Of a stretch of 64,000 bases of DNA, positions 63,102 through 64,000 are shown one piece after another. The notes under the pieces were generated by a model that did no database searches, was not told where the DNA came from, and saw only the letters and a program-made list of their open reading frames with translations. Source of the DNA: Nymphaea colorata (lineage: Eukaryota); the NCBI RefSeq assembly GCF_008831285.2, contig NC_045138.2, positions 24,366,001 through 24,430,000 of the forward strand. Reading direction: 5' to 3'. Position 1 is the stretch's first letter. Every line of letters begins with the position of its first letter. Made by a program: the position numbers and the translations under genes.

Positions 63102-64000
63102 GATGTCCTTTTGACTAAACCCAAGCCTGTAGAAAGAAACATCATAGTTGAGTATCCACAACAAACAACATGAATGACTGAATCTAGTTTAACAATTTAG
63201 ACTTCGTTACACCAATTCTGGTGCATTGAGTGGTTGTTTTTTTCATTGCACTGGAAACATAACTAAAGAGGGAAAAAAAAATTAAGCCTTTTATACATGC
63301 TATCTACTACATAGACCATAGAGACTACATGTACAGGCTGGATGGAGCAAACATACACACACACACACAACTGTATCTTTCACATTGGTCTATGACAGCT
63401 TAGGATTAATTAGTCTATGAAACAATTGCATAAGTATACATGAAACATACTAGGAGAAAAAGGAATTTTGGAAGTTTAGAGAAACAGCAATACTCTCTGA
63501 ACACCACTTTGGAGAATACACTCAAACCAATAAAGTGACGCTGCTGGAAACACTAGTTCAATACATAAACATTACACACACACAGAGGGTTAGGGGTTTT
63601 TTCTTTTGGGCGTGGGGAGAGTATGCATATACATGTACTTATTGTTATTTATTAAAAATGGAGCCAGCAGTGGCTGAAACAGCGGAAGTGCCAGTTCAGC
63701 CAGTGCATCAGCTGATATTTAGAAGCATCTTTATTTTGATTAGATTGGATTTGTCTCTACAATCTATATTATGGTATCTATTATGCTTGAATTCACTTTG
63801 TGATTGTAATATCCTTCCAAGTTTATGATTCTTAAAGAATATAAGTTTAAGAATTTATCCACCACACACCACCATAAATGATGACATTAACATGCCTACT
63901 GTATGAAGGTGATGTGACGGCTCCTTACCATGTCGAGATAGTGGATGCCACATATATGTTAAAGATAGACGTAGTTATCTTTAAGTTGACCATTCTAGAG

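Overview
Eukaryotic nuclear DNA from a flowering plant (GT-AG introns, PPR genes, MITEs); not prokaryotic, no CRISPR/rRNA/tRNA seen. Gene order: NDA-type alternative NAD(P)H dehydrogenase (+, 8 coding exons); a truncated duplicate of the 5' end of the cytosolic phenylalanyl-tRNA synthetase beta gene directly upstream of an intronless PLS/E-class PPR ORF (+); intact PheRS-beta (+, 19 exons); 3-ketodihydrosphingosine reductase (+); a solo LTR with exact TSD; a secreted Gly-rich/Cys-rich protein (+); a P-class PPR (-); SCAMP (-, first exon outside window). Several non-autonomous DNA elements and local tandem duplications occur. Most interesting: (1) an apparent chimeric unit in which the PheRS-beta duplicate has lost all three GT donors but keeps open exon frames, has a perfect donor/acceptor pair leading into the PPR, and the PPR start is tandemly duplicated into an overlapping uORF; (2) an apparent newborn 84-nt intron in the P-class PPR created by a 43-bp tandem duplication. 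All gene models are hand-derived and unconfirmed by transcript data.
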